Positions 41,770 to 51,007 of a DNA stretch of 64,000 nt are shown piece by piece (within the stretch, counting starts at the first letter, position 1; each line of letters opens with the position of its first letter). The notes under the pieces are model-generated. The model worked only from the letters and a program-made list of their open reading frames with translations. It was not told the DNA's origin and did not search any database. Source of the stretch: an uncultured virus (IMG/VR IMGVR_UViG_3300015608_004663) (Duplodnaviria; Heunggongvirae; Uroviricota; Caudoviricetes); the IMG/VR virus record IMGVR_UViG_3300015608_004663; one strand, written 5' to 3'. The position numbers and the translations under genes are program-made.

Positions 41770-42851
41770 GCATCACTATTAGTGTTAGGGTTTGTTTGCG
41801 ACGTTTTTCCAAAAGCTAGCATAAACACAGCTGCGATGAAAAACAAAATCCCTAAAAATGCAGGCAGCTCAATATTTCTGCCCAAGATCTTTTGCGCAAG
41901 CGCGCCAGCAAACACGCTACCAGATCTGTTGATCGGCACTGAGTACGTTTGCTCTGTTTTAGACATCATGATCATCGGACCGAAGATGCCCGTTGTCTGA
42001 GCTAGCACACCAACAAAAAAAGCTTTTATTTGCGTGTCTCGTGGCAAAACTGAAAAATTTGTTGCATCAGTTACGCAAAGACTTGCAGTGCTAACAAATA
42101 GCATCAAGAAGCAGCACACAAGCTGCGAAGCGCACAAAAATTTAAAGTTTTCTTGATTTGCTCCGTAATGTTTCATGTTGACAACGTACGCACCAGCGTA
42201 CATCGCTAATATAACAAGCCAACCAACACCAGACGGCACTCCAGCCCCCAGGATGCTGCACAGAACAGCTACAAAAGCTAAGCAGAATCCAATCCATGTG
42301 TTAGTTTTGACAGTCCTGTTTTGTATCTTATCACTAATTGGCGCTATCATTAGCACGCTGCCTCTCGTCAGGAGCAACATCGTCACGAGAGCAGCTCCAG
42401 CGTACATGTAGCTAGCGCTTGTTGTCAAACTGATCATCGCGCTAGCGCAAGCCATACCGACATTCGCTGAAGTGAATTTCAGCTCTCGCCAGAAAGAAAT
42501 TATGTCTGATGCATTCTTTGATTTGATGAATCGATAGATTCCGATAGCAAAAAATTCAAAAATCGTTACAGCGCAAGCCGCTGCTGACGTTAAGATCATT
42601 ATTTGCCAGATCTGAGCTTTTGTTCCAACTTGCTTTGACAAGATTGCGTAAGGAATGTACGCTACAATGTACAGAACAAATGATATCCACAGCCATGGAT
42701 TTTTAACGATGCGATCTGTACACCTACTCAAAAATTGCTTAGATGCATTCATAGAATCTGAGAAATGTGTAGCTGCATTAATCTTTAGCATGTTAACTTC
42801 TTTCATGTTAACTAACAAGATTTGAAGTCTTGCGCTTGTGAAATATTTCAC
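41766..42851 (-). CDS. Polytopic membrane protein, DMT/EamA-like
   Basis: About 10 hydrophobic segments; LLTRGSVLMIAP, SVPINRSGSVFAG. Confidence 0.7.
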   Translation of the reverse strand: MKYFTSARLQILLVNMKEVNMLKINAATHFSDSMNASKQFLSRCTDRIVKNPWLWISFVLYIVAYIPYAILSKQVGTKAQIWQIMILTSAAACAVTIFEFFAIGIYRFIKSKNASDIISFWRELKFTSANVGMACASAMISLTTSASYMYAGAALVTMLLLTRGSVLMIAPISDKIQNRTVKTNTWIGFCLAFVAVLCSILGAGVPSGVGWLVILAMYAGAYVVNMKHYGANQENFKFLCASQLVCCFLMLFVSTASLCVTDATNFSVLPRDTQIKAFFVGVLAQTTGIFGPMIMMSKTEQTYSVPINRSGSVFAGALAQKILGRNIELPAFLGILFFIAAVFMLAFGKTSQTNPNTNSDA

Positions 42852-42872
42852 AAGCGCAAACGCAGAAGATCG

Positions 42873-44066
42873 TCACTTTCTTTCAACGATACCAGAGCTT
42901 GCTTTGTGCATGATGACAGCGCCAATCAAAGATAGCGCAATCAGAGATGCGAACAAACCGCTATAACCTAGCGGCGCTTTAAGCGCACCAACAGCGCCAG
43001 AAGCAAAGTGTCCGATTGCGTTAGAACCAAACCAAAATCCCATGTGCTGCGCTTGCTTGTGCTGCGGCGCAGCGTGACTGATAAGTGTCATGATTGCTGG
43101 TGAGATCAGCAATTCTGCTACAGTCATAGCTAGATAAATTGCAAAAATCGGTAGCATGCTACCTTGCCCGGGCTGACAGTTGATAACGCTAACAAGCACG
43201 CTTAGAAATCCCAGCGCGATGATCAGCATCCCAGTCACAAGCTGCTGCTTAAATGAGAACCCGCGCTTAGAGAAAAATGCTGGCACTCTTTCTCCAAGCA
43301 TGATCACAAAAACAGAATTTAGCGCAGAGAATACTGTCGCCGGGATCACGTATGATAACACTTGTCTGTCAATGATATCTCGCGCGTAAAATGTCAAGCT
43401 ACCATTAAACTGATTAAAAACACACCAGAAAATTGCAGCCGCAGCATACACTAAATAGAGTGTTTTTTCAGAAGCTGAAAGCTTCACATCTACGTGCTTC
43501 GCTGCGCTTTGCTGAATTGTAGTTACTGCAGTTTGAATCAATTTTGATCTTGCGATGAAAGTTGTTGCAATCGTAGCTAGACCAGCTGTCGCAAACATCG
43601 CTGGCCATCCAAAACTATGTTTTGCGATCTCTGCGACGACTGGAGCTAGCATCGCTCCGATGTTTGTCGCCATGTATAGTTTGTAAAACGCGGCTGTTTT
43701 GTTCGTCTGATCAGCGACAGCGCCGCAAGTTGCCGTTGCGGATGGCTTATACAAGCCGTTTCCAACCATCAAAAACAGCACAGCAACAAGCAGCGGTGCG
43801 CTGATTGAGAATGAAAAGTAACTCATAGTTAGCGCCGCTGCGCCAACGACAAGCGCTTTTCTTTGACCGATCTTATCAGATAAGATACCACCGCCGAGAG
43901 GACCGAGGTAAGCAGCACCGCTGATCATACCCGTCAAAAACTGAGCTGTTTCTACAGAATATCCTAATTTTTCATTAAGATAAATCGCGATGAGATCTAA
44001 AACCATGTAGAAACTCATTCGCTCAGCGCCGTGACCAACAAGCAGTGCTGAAAGTGCTTTATTCAT
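42873..44066 (-). CDS. Proton-dependent oligopeptide transporter (POT/PTR, MFS)
   Basis: AERMSFY, GGILSDKIG, GNGLYKP, YMATNIGAMLAP, AELLISP. Confidence 0.9.
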   Translation of the reverse strand: MNKALSALLVGHGAERMSFYMVLDLIAIYLNEKLGYSVETAQFLTGMISGAAYLGPLGGGILSDKIGQRKALVVGAAALTMSYFSFSISAPLLVAVLFLMVGNGLYKPSATATCGAVADQTNKTAAFYKLYMATNIGAMLAPVVAEIAKHSFGWPAMFATAGLATIATTFIARSKLIQTAVTTIQQSAAKHVDVKLSASEKTLYLVYAAAAIFWCVFNQFNGSLTFYARDIIDRQVLSYVIPATVFSALNSVFVIMLGERVPAFFSKRGFSFKQQLVTGMLIIALGFLSVLVSVINCQPGQGSMLPIFAIYLAMTVAELLISPAIMTLISHAAPQHKQAQHMGFWFGSNAIGHFASGAVGALKAPLGYSGLFASLIALSLIGAVIMHKASSGIVERK

Positions 44067-44309
44067 TTGATAGTTCTCCCAAGCGTCTAGATCATTTGTC
44101 TTAATTGTAATCAGACACTACTTGTGTCTGTATTTGCACAATTTGTTTTGCTTGTCTTTTACGAAGAATCGCGTCTCTAGTTAAACACATCTCACAAGTG
44201 CAGCGAATCAGCTGAGCTGAGAGAAGAAGCTCATCTTGACAGATGTGAACTCCGCTGATCAAGGCTATTGAATTGTTCCGACGTACAGAAATAGTAACAT
44301 TTGAATCAC

Positions 44310-44693
44310 TCAGAATAGCAATTCTGCTTCAGAATCATTGATCTCGATCTGTGAAGATGCATCAGTGATTCTAGCTAAAACCGCAAGATCTCGTAAAGAT
44401 TTAAGTTTTTGCAGTTTTTCAGCGCTTTCATGCACAGCGCGCCAGTATTTCTCAACAAGATCTTCATCTGCAGTTTTGTTGCGAAGTGCATCTAGAGCTT
44501 GCGCTTCTGTGAGCTCGACTGATTTGTGAATTAAAAATATCGCAGTTTTAGCGCGTTTGATCACCAGATCAATGATCGGCTGCACCTGTTTGTTTTGCGA
44601 TTCTAACAACAGATTAATTTGTTGATTGATCTTTGATAGCAGCACATAAGAACTGATCATCGCGACAGCCATTATTATTTCAATTCCTTTCAA
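44310..44693 (-). CDS. Hypothetical helical protein
   Basis: 127-aa ORF; start uncertain. Confidence 0.55.
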   Translation of the reverse strand: MKGIEIIMAVAMISSYVLLSKINQQINLLLESQNKQVQPIIDLVIKRAKTAIFLIHKSVELTEAQALDALRNKTADEDLVEKYWRAVHESAEKLQKLKSLRDLAVLARITDASSQIEINDSEAELLF

Positions 44694-44758
44694 TCACTCG
44701 CTGCAGCGAGTGATAAACTTTTCGCTTCAAGCGTTTCATCATTGTCTTTGATGCTATC

Positions 44759-45715
44759 TCATTTTCTGCTCAGAAGAAATTTTTCACTGTGATATTTCAG
44801 TATCACTCTCCCAATTCCTTTAGCAAATCTGTCTACCACTGGTTTGACAACGAAACCCTCTTTTATGTTGTGCCCAAGAGAAGATTGACCATTTGCTAGA
44901 GTCAGCAACTGCTTTGACCACGGTCCTCTGTGTAATAGAGTTGCAGCAGTTAATTTTAGCTCTGAAATAAATTTTTCAAATTCTTCATCTGACAGATACG
45001 ACATTGTCTTAGTGTTCTGCGCTTCAAACAAAACAAGCCCGGGATTTGTTTGTGTGAAACCGTATTGAAGATCTTTGCAACCGATCGCTTCTCCAAACAC
45101 AACGATGTCTTGATGCTGCTTCATCTTTGAAGCAAGATCATATTTTTTGCGAATTGCGTTAAAAATTGAGTCTTCAGACTCATGTATTATCGCTCTTCTA
45201 GATGCCACGATCAGCTGATCTGTGAATGTGAATCTGATGTTGTTTCCATGAAACTTTTCTCTTATGACAACTTCTTCTTGATCTTGCAAGACATTTGGCC
45301 ACGTTCTTAAATTGTCTATGTTGACATAGCGTGGTAGCATCTCTATGTCTGCTGGAGTTTCTCGCTCGTCATCGCTGTCTTCTGGTGGCTCCCAGCGTTT
45401 GATGTTAAGCGCCTCTGTTACATCATCACCCTCAAGCATGCCGGGTGAAGCTTTTACAAGGGCGCCCATTGAGAACACGCCGCGAATCTTTCTCGGTCTG
45501 ATTCGACCGTCTGATCCGAAAAGATGAGCAAATCTTGCATCGTTCTTAGGAAGAATTGCAGTGATTGGAATGTACACTGCTAAATCACCCTCAGAAACTT
45601 CTCCGTTTTTAACGATGACTGTGTAATCAAACACTTTTGTGATAAAAAGCGTATCTGCATCATGGTGCTTGTGCAAAGCACCGATCTTCACAACTGTAGC
45701 TTTGAACGTAGACAT
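44759..45715 (-). CDS. RNA ligase, DRB0094-like (N-terminal OB/tRNA-binding-like domain plus Rnl2-type ligase)
   Basis: H.DADTL...GDLAVYIP...KIRGVFSMG; EKFHGNN; FGE; KEGFVVKP; ILK. Confidence 0.9.
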   Translation of the reverse strand: MSTFKATVVKIGALHKHHDADTLFITKVFDYTVIVKNGEVSEGDLAVYIPITAILPKNDARFAHLFGSDGRIRPRKIRGVFSMGALVKASPGMLEGDDVTEALNIKRWEPPEDSDDERETPADIEMLPRYVNIDNLRTWPNVLQDQEEVVIREKFHGNNIRFTFTDQLIVASRRAIIHESEDSIFNAIRKKYDLASKMKQHQDIVVFGEAIGCKDLQYGFTQTNPGLVLFEAQNTKTMSYLSDEEFEKFISELKLTAATLLHRGPWSKQLLTLANGQSSLGHNIKEGFVVKPVVDRFAKGIGRVILKYHSEKFLLSRK

Positions 45716-45783
45716 GAACTATCTTTGCAAGATAATAAAATAATCAAACTAAGTTTGCATTCTGCTAAGTGATATTTTAGATC

Positions 45784-46125
45784 ATGAAAAAGCAAACAAA
45801 AATTATTGCTACGCTGTGCTGCGCTCTGCTGGGTGCGTGCGTAAGTCTGTCTACGCTAACGCATGATTTTGCTGATAGATCAGCAGTTGCTAGACAGCTA
45901 GATGATGGCAAATCTGAATTGACGTTGAAGTGTCAGCGCACAAGTCTTGAAGGTGTTCAGCTTGCAAAGCGCGATGCAGTAGCAGCTTTATTAACAAAGA
46001 AGCGCGCTGATGAATTAAGAGCTGCTGTTTATGAAGCGTGCAAACATACGGAGATGCAACATGACATGGTGGACAAATCTGTTAGAGATGGTGGCGTCAG
46101 CGATAACAAAGTTGACGCAAACTGA
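45784..46125 (+). CDS. Putative lipoprotein
   Basis: MKKQTKIIATLCCALLGAC signal with lipobox. Confidence 0.7.
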   Translation: MKKQTKIIATLCCALLGACVSLSTLTHDFADRSAVARQLDDGKSELTLKCQRTSLEGVQLAKRDAVAALLTKKRADELRAAVYEACKHTEMQHDMVDKSVRDGGVSDNKVDAN

Positions 46126-46213
46126 GCGAAAGAAAGCAGACAAAGACCAGCAAGATATCATTGATGATATCAAAGCAGCAGAAGCTGTTAGAAAAAAAAC
46201 AAATTCTAACTGA
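46061..46213 (+). CDS. Small amphipathic protein overlapping the lipoprotein gene
   Basis: MTWWTNLLEMVASAITKL...; ggag upstream. Confidence 0.45.
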   Translation: MTWWTNLLEMVASAITKLTQTERKKADKDQQDIIDDIKAAEAVRKKTNSN

Positions 46214-47495
46214 GATCTTTGTTAGCTTTTGACACAGCTGCGACAAGCGCGCACAAAGCAACTACGCACAGTCCCAGCTTGTATGATGATATTGACCACA
46301 TTCCAATCTCAGCTCTTGCAAACCAGATCGCTATCACAAGCATCGCGATTGGAGCAAGCACTACATAAGCGAGTCCAAAAACTCCAAACGGAACGCGAAA
46401 GTGAGATCCTGTGTTTGGTTGCATCACTCTGATCGTGATCAAAGATATTGCTTGCAGCGCGTACACGACTCCGTAAAGAATAACATCAATCTCGATCAAG
46501 CGCTTCAAGCCCACGCTCATGCTCAGAGCGTACACAGCGCAAGAAACAATGATCGTCATGTACGGAACTCCGCGCGAGTTAACAGCACCAAACATTCGCG
46601 GCAAGATTTTATCTTCTGCTAGTGATAAAGGTATCTGAGAGTACGATGTAACAAGAGAGCTAAACATCCAGATACCGCACAGCATCCCACCGATCGCTGT
46701 CCAGGCCCTTAAGTACGAGCCACCAATAGCTTCTCCTATGTCAACCCAAGAGCCAATCACCATTGATTCTGTGTGATATTTTGATGCAACAAAGATAGCT
46801 GCAGCGTAGCAGCAAGTCGTGATAAGCACAGCTAAGAATATGCCGCGCGGATACGTTCTCTGCGGTTGATCAACTTCTTTAGCAAGAGTTGATGCATTGT
46901 CCCAGCCGAGGTAGTTCCACAAACACATCAAAATTGCTACTTCTTTAGATCCGTCATTGTTAACTGAAGATGTTACAGTTGGCATGCCGACAGCGCCAAG
47001 AAACATTATGATAAAGGGCGCTAGCAACGCTAGCATGATCAGCGTCGATCCGCGGCCGACGAATTTGATTCCAAACATGCACGCGACCGCGCAGACAGCG
47101 ATCATGATCGATCCAGCAAACCACGCAGGAGAGAAAAGATTCATGTCTGCACTCAGCGCTGGAAATATCTTGGCAAGATATGTCACGAACAGCGTTGGGT
47201 AGATCGCCATGTCAAAGAAGCTCATAGCCAGCGCAGACCAAGCTAGCATTGAAGCCATGAAAGTTCCATTAGATCTTTTGATCCAATCGTAATATCCGCG
47301 GCTGGCAGGGTGGGCTGCTGCCATCTCACCAACAAGCATCGCTATTGGTAGCGCCCACACAAAAGGCACGATCAGTATGACGATCAGAGATAACTTCCAA
47401 CCAAGAGCTGCGATTGTTTCTTCAAGAGCGTACGGTCCACCAGAAACAATGAAGAATGTAGTTGCTGCTAGTGATAGCGGTGTTAACTTGTTCAT
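46206..47495 (-). CDS. APC-family amino acid/polyamine permease
   Basis: FFIVSGGPYALEE, WNYLGWDNASTLAKEVDQPQRTYP, about 12 TM segments. Confidence 0.92.
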   Translation of the reverse strand: MNKLTPLSLAATTFFIVSGGPYALEETIAALGWKLSLIVILIVPFVWALPIAMLVGEMAAAHPASRGYYDWIKRSNGTFMASMLAWSALAMSFFDMAIYPTLFVTYLAKIFPALSADMNLFSPAWFAGSIMIAVCAVACMFGIKFVGRGSTLIMLALLAPFIIMFLGAVGMPTVTSSVNNDGSKEVAILMCLWNYLGWDNASTLAKEVDQPQRTYPRGIFLAVLITTCCYAAAIFVASKYHTESMVIGSWVDIGEAIGGSYLRAWTAIGGMLCGIWMFSSLVTSYSQIPLSLAEDKILPRMFGAVNSRGVPYMTIIVSCAVYALSMSVGLKRLIEIDVILYGVVYALQAISLITIRVMQPNTGSHFRVPFGVFGLAYVVLAPIAMLVIAIWFARAEIGMWSISSYKLGLCVVALCALVAAVSKANKDLS

Positions 47496-47651
47496 CGCGC
47501 GACGCTCCAGTAGATCTAGTGATCTGAGTGATTCACATCTTAGATTGATCGAGATGAGTGCTAAGAATCATCTGCAGCTAAGATCGCTAGCTAGCTTAGA
47601 GCCGCAGGTGTCTGCGCGGGCAAGCTTTAGCGGTGCAAGATCTGCAAATAT

Positions 47652-48332
47652 TTAAGCGTATCGCAAGAAGAAATCATTTGTTTCTGAAGCAGAAACTTGC
47701 TCAAGAACGCACAAAACATCTTCAAACGAATCAAGATCAACTGATTCATTGTGAATCATACCTGACTCAAAATCAGGCTCTTTCGCAGTCAACCTCCATA
47801 GCAGCGTTGGTGAATCGCGAGTCTGACCGATCTGCTCAACGATAACGCAAGTATCACCAATTGATACGTGAGATTCGTGCTGCAAGCACATGTTCAGATC
47901 ACCAACTCTAACTGCTTTGCCAGCGTCAGCGCTCTCTTCTGGCACGCGCACCGTGTACATCTCTAATCGAGATCTTGTCATGCTATCAATGATAGCATTT
48001 GGGCGCCACTCAACAAGATCTCGCACGATCTGCATCGCTGCAGACGTTCCCACCATCTCAACTGAGAGAAGCGGCCGATCACAAAAAGATGCAGCGATTG
48101 AAAATCCTCGCACAAACTCACCGCGATCATTCTTGCCCAGAACAGAAAAAATGTAAATCAAGTCAAGCGCTGATTGCTGCTTTGGCTTCAGAACAACAAC
48201 GGGTACTGATCCGCTCTCTAAAGATAGAAGCTCCACATCAAGATCTGAGCGAAGATTTCTTGCACACGTAGCAATGATTGACAGAGTTTCTTGTGGGTCA
48301 GCCACTGGCATGCGTAATTCTAGCGTTTGCAT
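47652..48332 (-). CDS. Hypothetical protein
   Basis: 226-aa ORF with gagg RBS. Confidence 0.7.
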   Translation of the reverse strand: MQTLELRMPVADPQETLSIIATCARNLRSDLDVELLSLESGSVPVVVLKPKQQSALDLIYIFSVLGKNDRGEFVRGFSIAASFCDRPLLSVEMVGTSAAMQIVRDLVEWRPNAIIDSMTRSRLEMYTVRVPEESADAGKAVRVGDLNMCLQHESHVSIGDTCVIVEQIGQTRDSPTLLWRLTAKEPDFESGMIHNESVDLDSFEDVLCVLEQVSASETNDFFLRYA

Positions 48333-48372
48333 CTATTTCCTCTAACACTCACGATGAGTGATTTCATCGTGT

Positions 48373-49317
48373 TCAGCACTTGCAAATCTGCACTTCATCA
48401 CAGAGCGATCTGATCGCTTTCTCTACTGCGCTCTCATACACGTCAAACTCAGCAGATCTTGGCAAATCTCCAGTTTCTACTAGCTGCTCGATCTGATTCT
48501 TGACGGTTCCAATATCTCGACCAGATAGATTCCATTTATCTATCAACCAATTACCGAATCCTTTCTTGAGGAGAGGTGGCATCGCGTCTTCTGCAATGAC
48601 GCGCTCCATCTTCGCAAGAAGAGCGTCTGCATTTTTGTGCGCAGCGCGAATCTTAGCTGGATTTCTTGTAGTGAGATCTGATCTTGATAGAATCATCAGA
48701 TCTGATGCGCGAGGACCACATTCTTTAACGAATCGTCTCACAGCGCTGTCTGACCACTCACTGGAGTGCTCTGCTGGGCGCAAGTGGTGAGCAACTAGCC
48801 AAGAGACATCATCAATGAGACTCTGCGAGACCTTTGCATCGCGCAAGACAGCCTCAGTTATGCGAGCTCCGACTATTGGATGATTGTAAAACGTTGGTCC
48901 TTTTCCCTCAATGAGCTTGAAGGTGTCTGGCTTGCCAATATCGTGAAGCAGTGCTGCTAGACGCAAATTAAGTGAATTTGGCACGCCTGCGATAACAGCA
49001 AGCGTGTGCTCCCACACGTCTTTGTGGCGCCTGTTTGGTTCTTGCGATAGCTTGATCAGACTATCTATTGTGGGAATGATCAGCGATAGTCCTCCGCAAG
49101 CATAGAAGACGCGCAAACCAAGCGCTGGGTTTTTCTCTGTTAGAAGAACGCAGAGAGCGTCGAGCGCTTCTTTTGTCGTTAGCGACCGCTCGTTTCTGAA
49201 CGCTGAGCAAGCTCTGATCGATTCAGGCACGCCCGCGCTTGTTAGCGTCAGTGACGTAGATGCAACCCAGAGCGCTGCAGCGACAGCGTCTTTTTGATTT
49301 GATAGTGTGTGCGTCAT
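48373..49317 (-). CDS. HD-domain phosphohydrolase derived from the C-terminal half of CCA-adding enzymes (no nucleotidyltransferase head)
   Basis: Q...HKDVWEHTL, LRLAALLHDIGKP.T, FYNHPIVGA, HHLRP, WSDSAVRR, SRSD; no GG-x-VRD/DxD motif. Confidence 0.85.
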   Translation of the reverse strand: MTHTLSNQKDAVAAALWVASTSLTLTSAGVPESIRACSAFRNERSLTTKEALDALCVLLTEKNPALGLRVFYACGGLSLIIPTIDSLIKLSQEPNRRHKDVWEHTLAVIAGVPNSLNLRLAALLHDIGKPDTFKLIEGKGPTFYNHPIVGARITEAVLRDAKVSQSLIDDVSWLVAHHLRPAEHSSEWSDSAVRRFVKECGPRASDLMILSRSDLTTRNPAKIRAAHKNADALLAKMERVIAEDAMPPLLKKGFGNWLIDKWNLSGRDIGTVKNQIEQLVETGDLPRSAEFDVYESAVEKAIRSLCDEVQICKC

Positions 49318-49574
49318 GTCTGTTCGCGCAAAACGGCCCAGTCTTCTTTAAGAATTTTTGTTTTTTCTTGCAATAGCTTTGCAGTGCCGTCACTGAACAT
49401 GACAAGCAACAGCATGTTATCGCCTAAGTAGCGCTCACACAAAGGCGAAATAACAAAAGCTAGCGTGATCACTACGAGTCTTTTCTTTCGCTTGCTAGCT
49501 TCAGCTTCTTTTTGCTTACGCCTAGATGGAATGTGACACAAGCAAGATCCCGGTAATACATCACCTTCTATCAT
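49314..49574 (-). CDS. Small PG-motif hypothetical protein
   Basis: MIEGDVLPGSCL...LVVITLAF...LLLVMFSDG; promoter directly upstream. Confidence 0.6.
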   Translation of the reverse strand: MIEGDVLPGSCLCHIPSRRKQKEAEASKRKKRLVVITLAFVISPLCERYLGDNMLLLVMFSDGTAKLLQEKTKILKEDWAVLREQT

Positions 49575-49580
49575 AGAAGT

Positions 49581-49610
49581 ATTGTACCTTGTGAAGGTGT
49601 CGCGTTGCAC
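49581..49610 (-). promoter_or_regulatory. Putative early promoter GTGCAA-N18-TACAAT
   Basis: The -10 box lies 6 nt from the ATG at 49574; same layout at 50971 and 54513. Confidence 0.65.
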
Positions 49611-49986
49611 TGTTTCGATTTAAAAAATGTTGATCTTGCAAAAGATTCAAGCGTGAATTTGTGCCTTTGACGCAAACAAAACTGTGCAAAATACGTTAGA
49701 ATCATGTTTGCGCACAAAGACCAGTGCCGAGTCTGCAGCGTCAGCGCTCTACAAGATTGTGAGCGCAGCAATTCAAAGTAGGGTCAGCGCGTCAGATTTA
49801 ATAACACACTGCATGATCGCAGTGCACAGATTTGTGCACTGGGTTGAACGGTGTAATAATATGAACCATGAAAATCAAACACTTGATTGAAATTATTGAT
49901 GACGTGTTAACGCTGAAGCGCTTAGTGAAACAATCTACGATCTGTGCTTGCTGTTTTCTTGCAGCGCTGTGTATCATTAAAAACAA

Positions 49987-50472
49987 ATGAACATCTTTAT
50001 TTTAGATGAAGATCCCGCGATCGCAGCGCAATCGCTAGCAGATCAGCACATCAACAAAATGATAGTTGAGCACTGCCAGCTGCTTGCAACAGCTCATGAC
50101 AAAAGCATCTCACCGTACAAGCACACTCACATCAATCATCCGTGTGCAAAATGGGTAAGAAAATCTTTCGCAAACTATGTTTGGCTCGTTGAGTGCACGG
50201 GTGAGCTGCTGTGCGAGCGATCGCACAGGTGGCCAGATCGAAAAATTCATAAAACTGATGCTGTCTGGAGATGGTATGCTGAAAATGCGCATCTAGCCAA
50301 CTGTGAAATCATCTACCCGATGACACCGTTCGCTCAGGCGATGCCTGACATGTTCAAGGGAGATGATGCAGTCGCTGCTTACAGAGCGTACTACAAAGCA
50401 AGAAAGATGCTGCTTAGAAACAAACCAGCTGCTTGGACCAACAGAGACAAGCCAGCTTGGTTGCTTACGTGA
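49987..50472 (+). CDS. Pyrimidine dimer DNA glycosylase / endonuclease V-like
   Basis: MNIFILDEDP...DQHINKMIVEHCQLLATAH...YKHTHINHPCAKW...FAQAMP...AYRAYY. Confidence 0.88.
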   Translation: MNIFILDEDPAIAAQSLADQHINKMIVEHCQLLATAHDKSISPYKHTHINHPCAKWVRKSFANYVWLVECTGELLCERSHRWPDRKIHKTDAVWRWYAENAHLANCEIIYPMTPFAQAMPDMFKGDDAVAAYRAYYKARKMLLRNKPAAWTNRDKPAWLLT

Positions 50473-50479
50473 GCTCGCA

Positions 50480-50731
50480 TCACTGAGCGTGCGCCCAGCG
50501 CTCGCGCTTCTTTGGCAGATCACCAAAACACATCTTCACAAGCTTGATTCTAGCGTGAAGAATATCGTACCTGATATCGCGCGTTTCTACGCGACCGTCA
50601 TAACGCAGCAGCGTTAGCGTTAACGCTTCACAGCGAGCGCTCTTTCTTGTAACTGCAAGAATCATTGACAAGCAGATGTTGCTAAAATTTGCGTCTATCA
50701 CGACGCCTGGCATTGTGTATTCAGTTTGCAT
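50480..50731 (-). CDS. Small PG-motif hypothetical protein
   Basis: MQTEYTMPGVVID...MILAV...LLRYDGRV. Confidence 0.55.
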   Translation of the reverse strand: MQTEYTMPGVVIDANFSNICLSMILAVTRKSARCEALTLTLLRYDGRVETRDIRYDILHARIKLVKMCFGDLPKKRERWAHAQ

Positions 50732-50750
50732 TTTCAGCTTTCGATAGAAA

Positions 50751-50927
50751 TCACAAAGAGAAGTGAAGCAAGCTTAAAGAGCTTGCTGCTTGATGATCGC
50801 TGCAAGCTTTCGACATCTCTATGAGATTTGAGATCTGGTGCTTGATATCGCTGATAGGCACGCCGCTTCTGACGCTCCATTTTAGCAGCGCGTGTTTAAT
50901 ATCAACAATTGCTTCAACGTCTAGCAT
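50751..50927 (-). CDS. Hypothetical protein
   Basis: ATG at 50927 preceded by an aaggag RBS. Confidence 0.55.
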   Translation of the reverse strand: MLDVEAIVDIKHALLKWSVRSGVPISDIKHQISNLIEMSKACSDHQAASSLSLLHFSL

Positions 50928-50962
50928 GAAACGCTCCTTTTGTTTTAGATCTAAACTTTCTT

Positions 50963-51000
50963 GCAAAAAAGTGCACTTTTTTGCGCGGGCACATTAGATT
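50963..51000 (+). promoter_or_regulatory. Promoter of the RNase P RNA gene within a perfect 22-bp palindrome (possibly bidirectional)
   Basis: GCAAAAAA-GTGCAC-TTTTTTGC (50963-50984); GTGCAC-N18-TAGATT ends 7 nt before helix P1. Confidence 0.7.
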
Positions 51001-51007
51001 CAATGTA

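Noticed and set aside
8491..47495. Bacterial chromosome (LPS locus plus transporters) with a prophage
   Set aside because: The glycan genes run directly into a gp55-like sigma and T4-like baseplate genes, there are no housekeeping operons or integrase, and the transporters are interleaved with phage-type genes.
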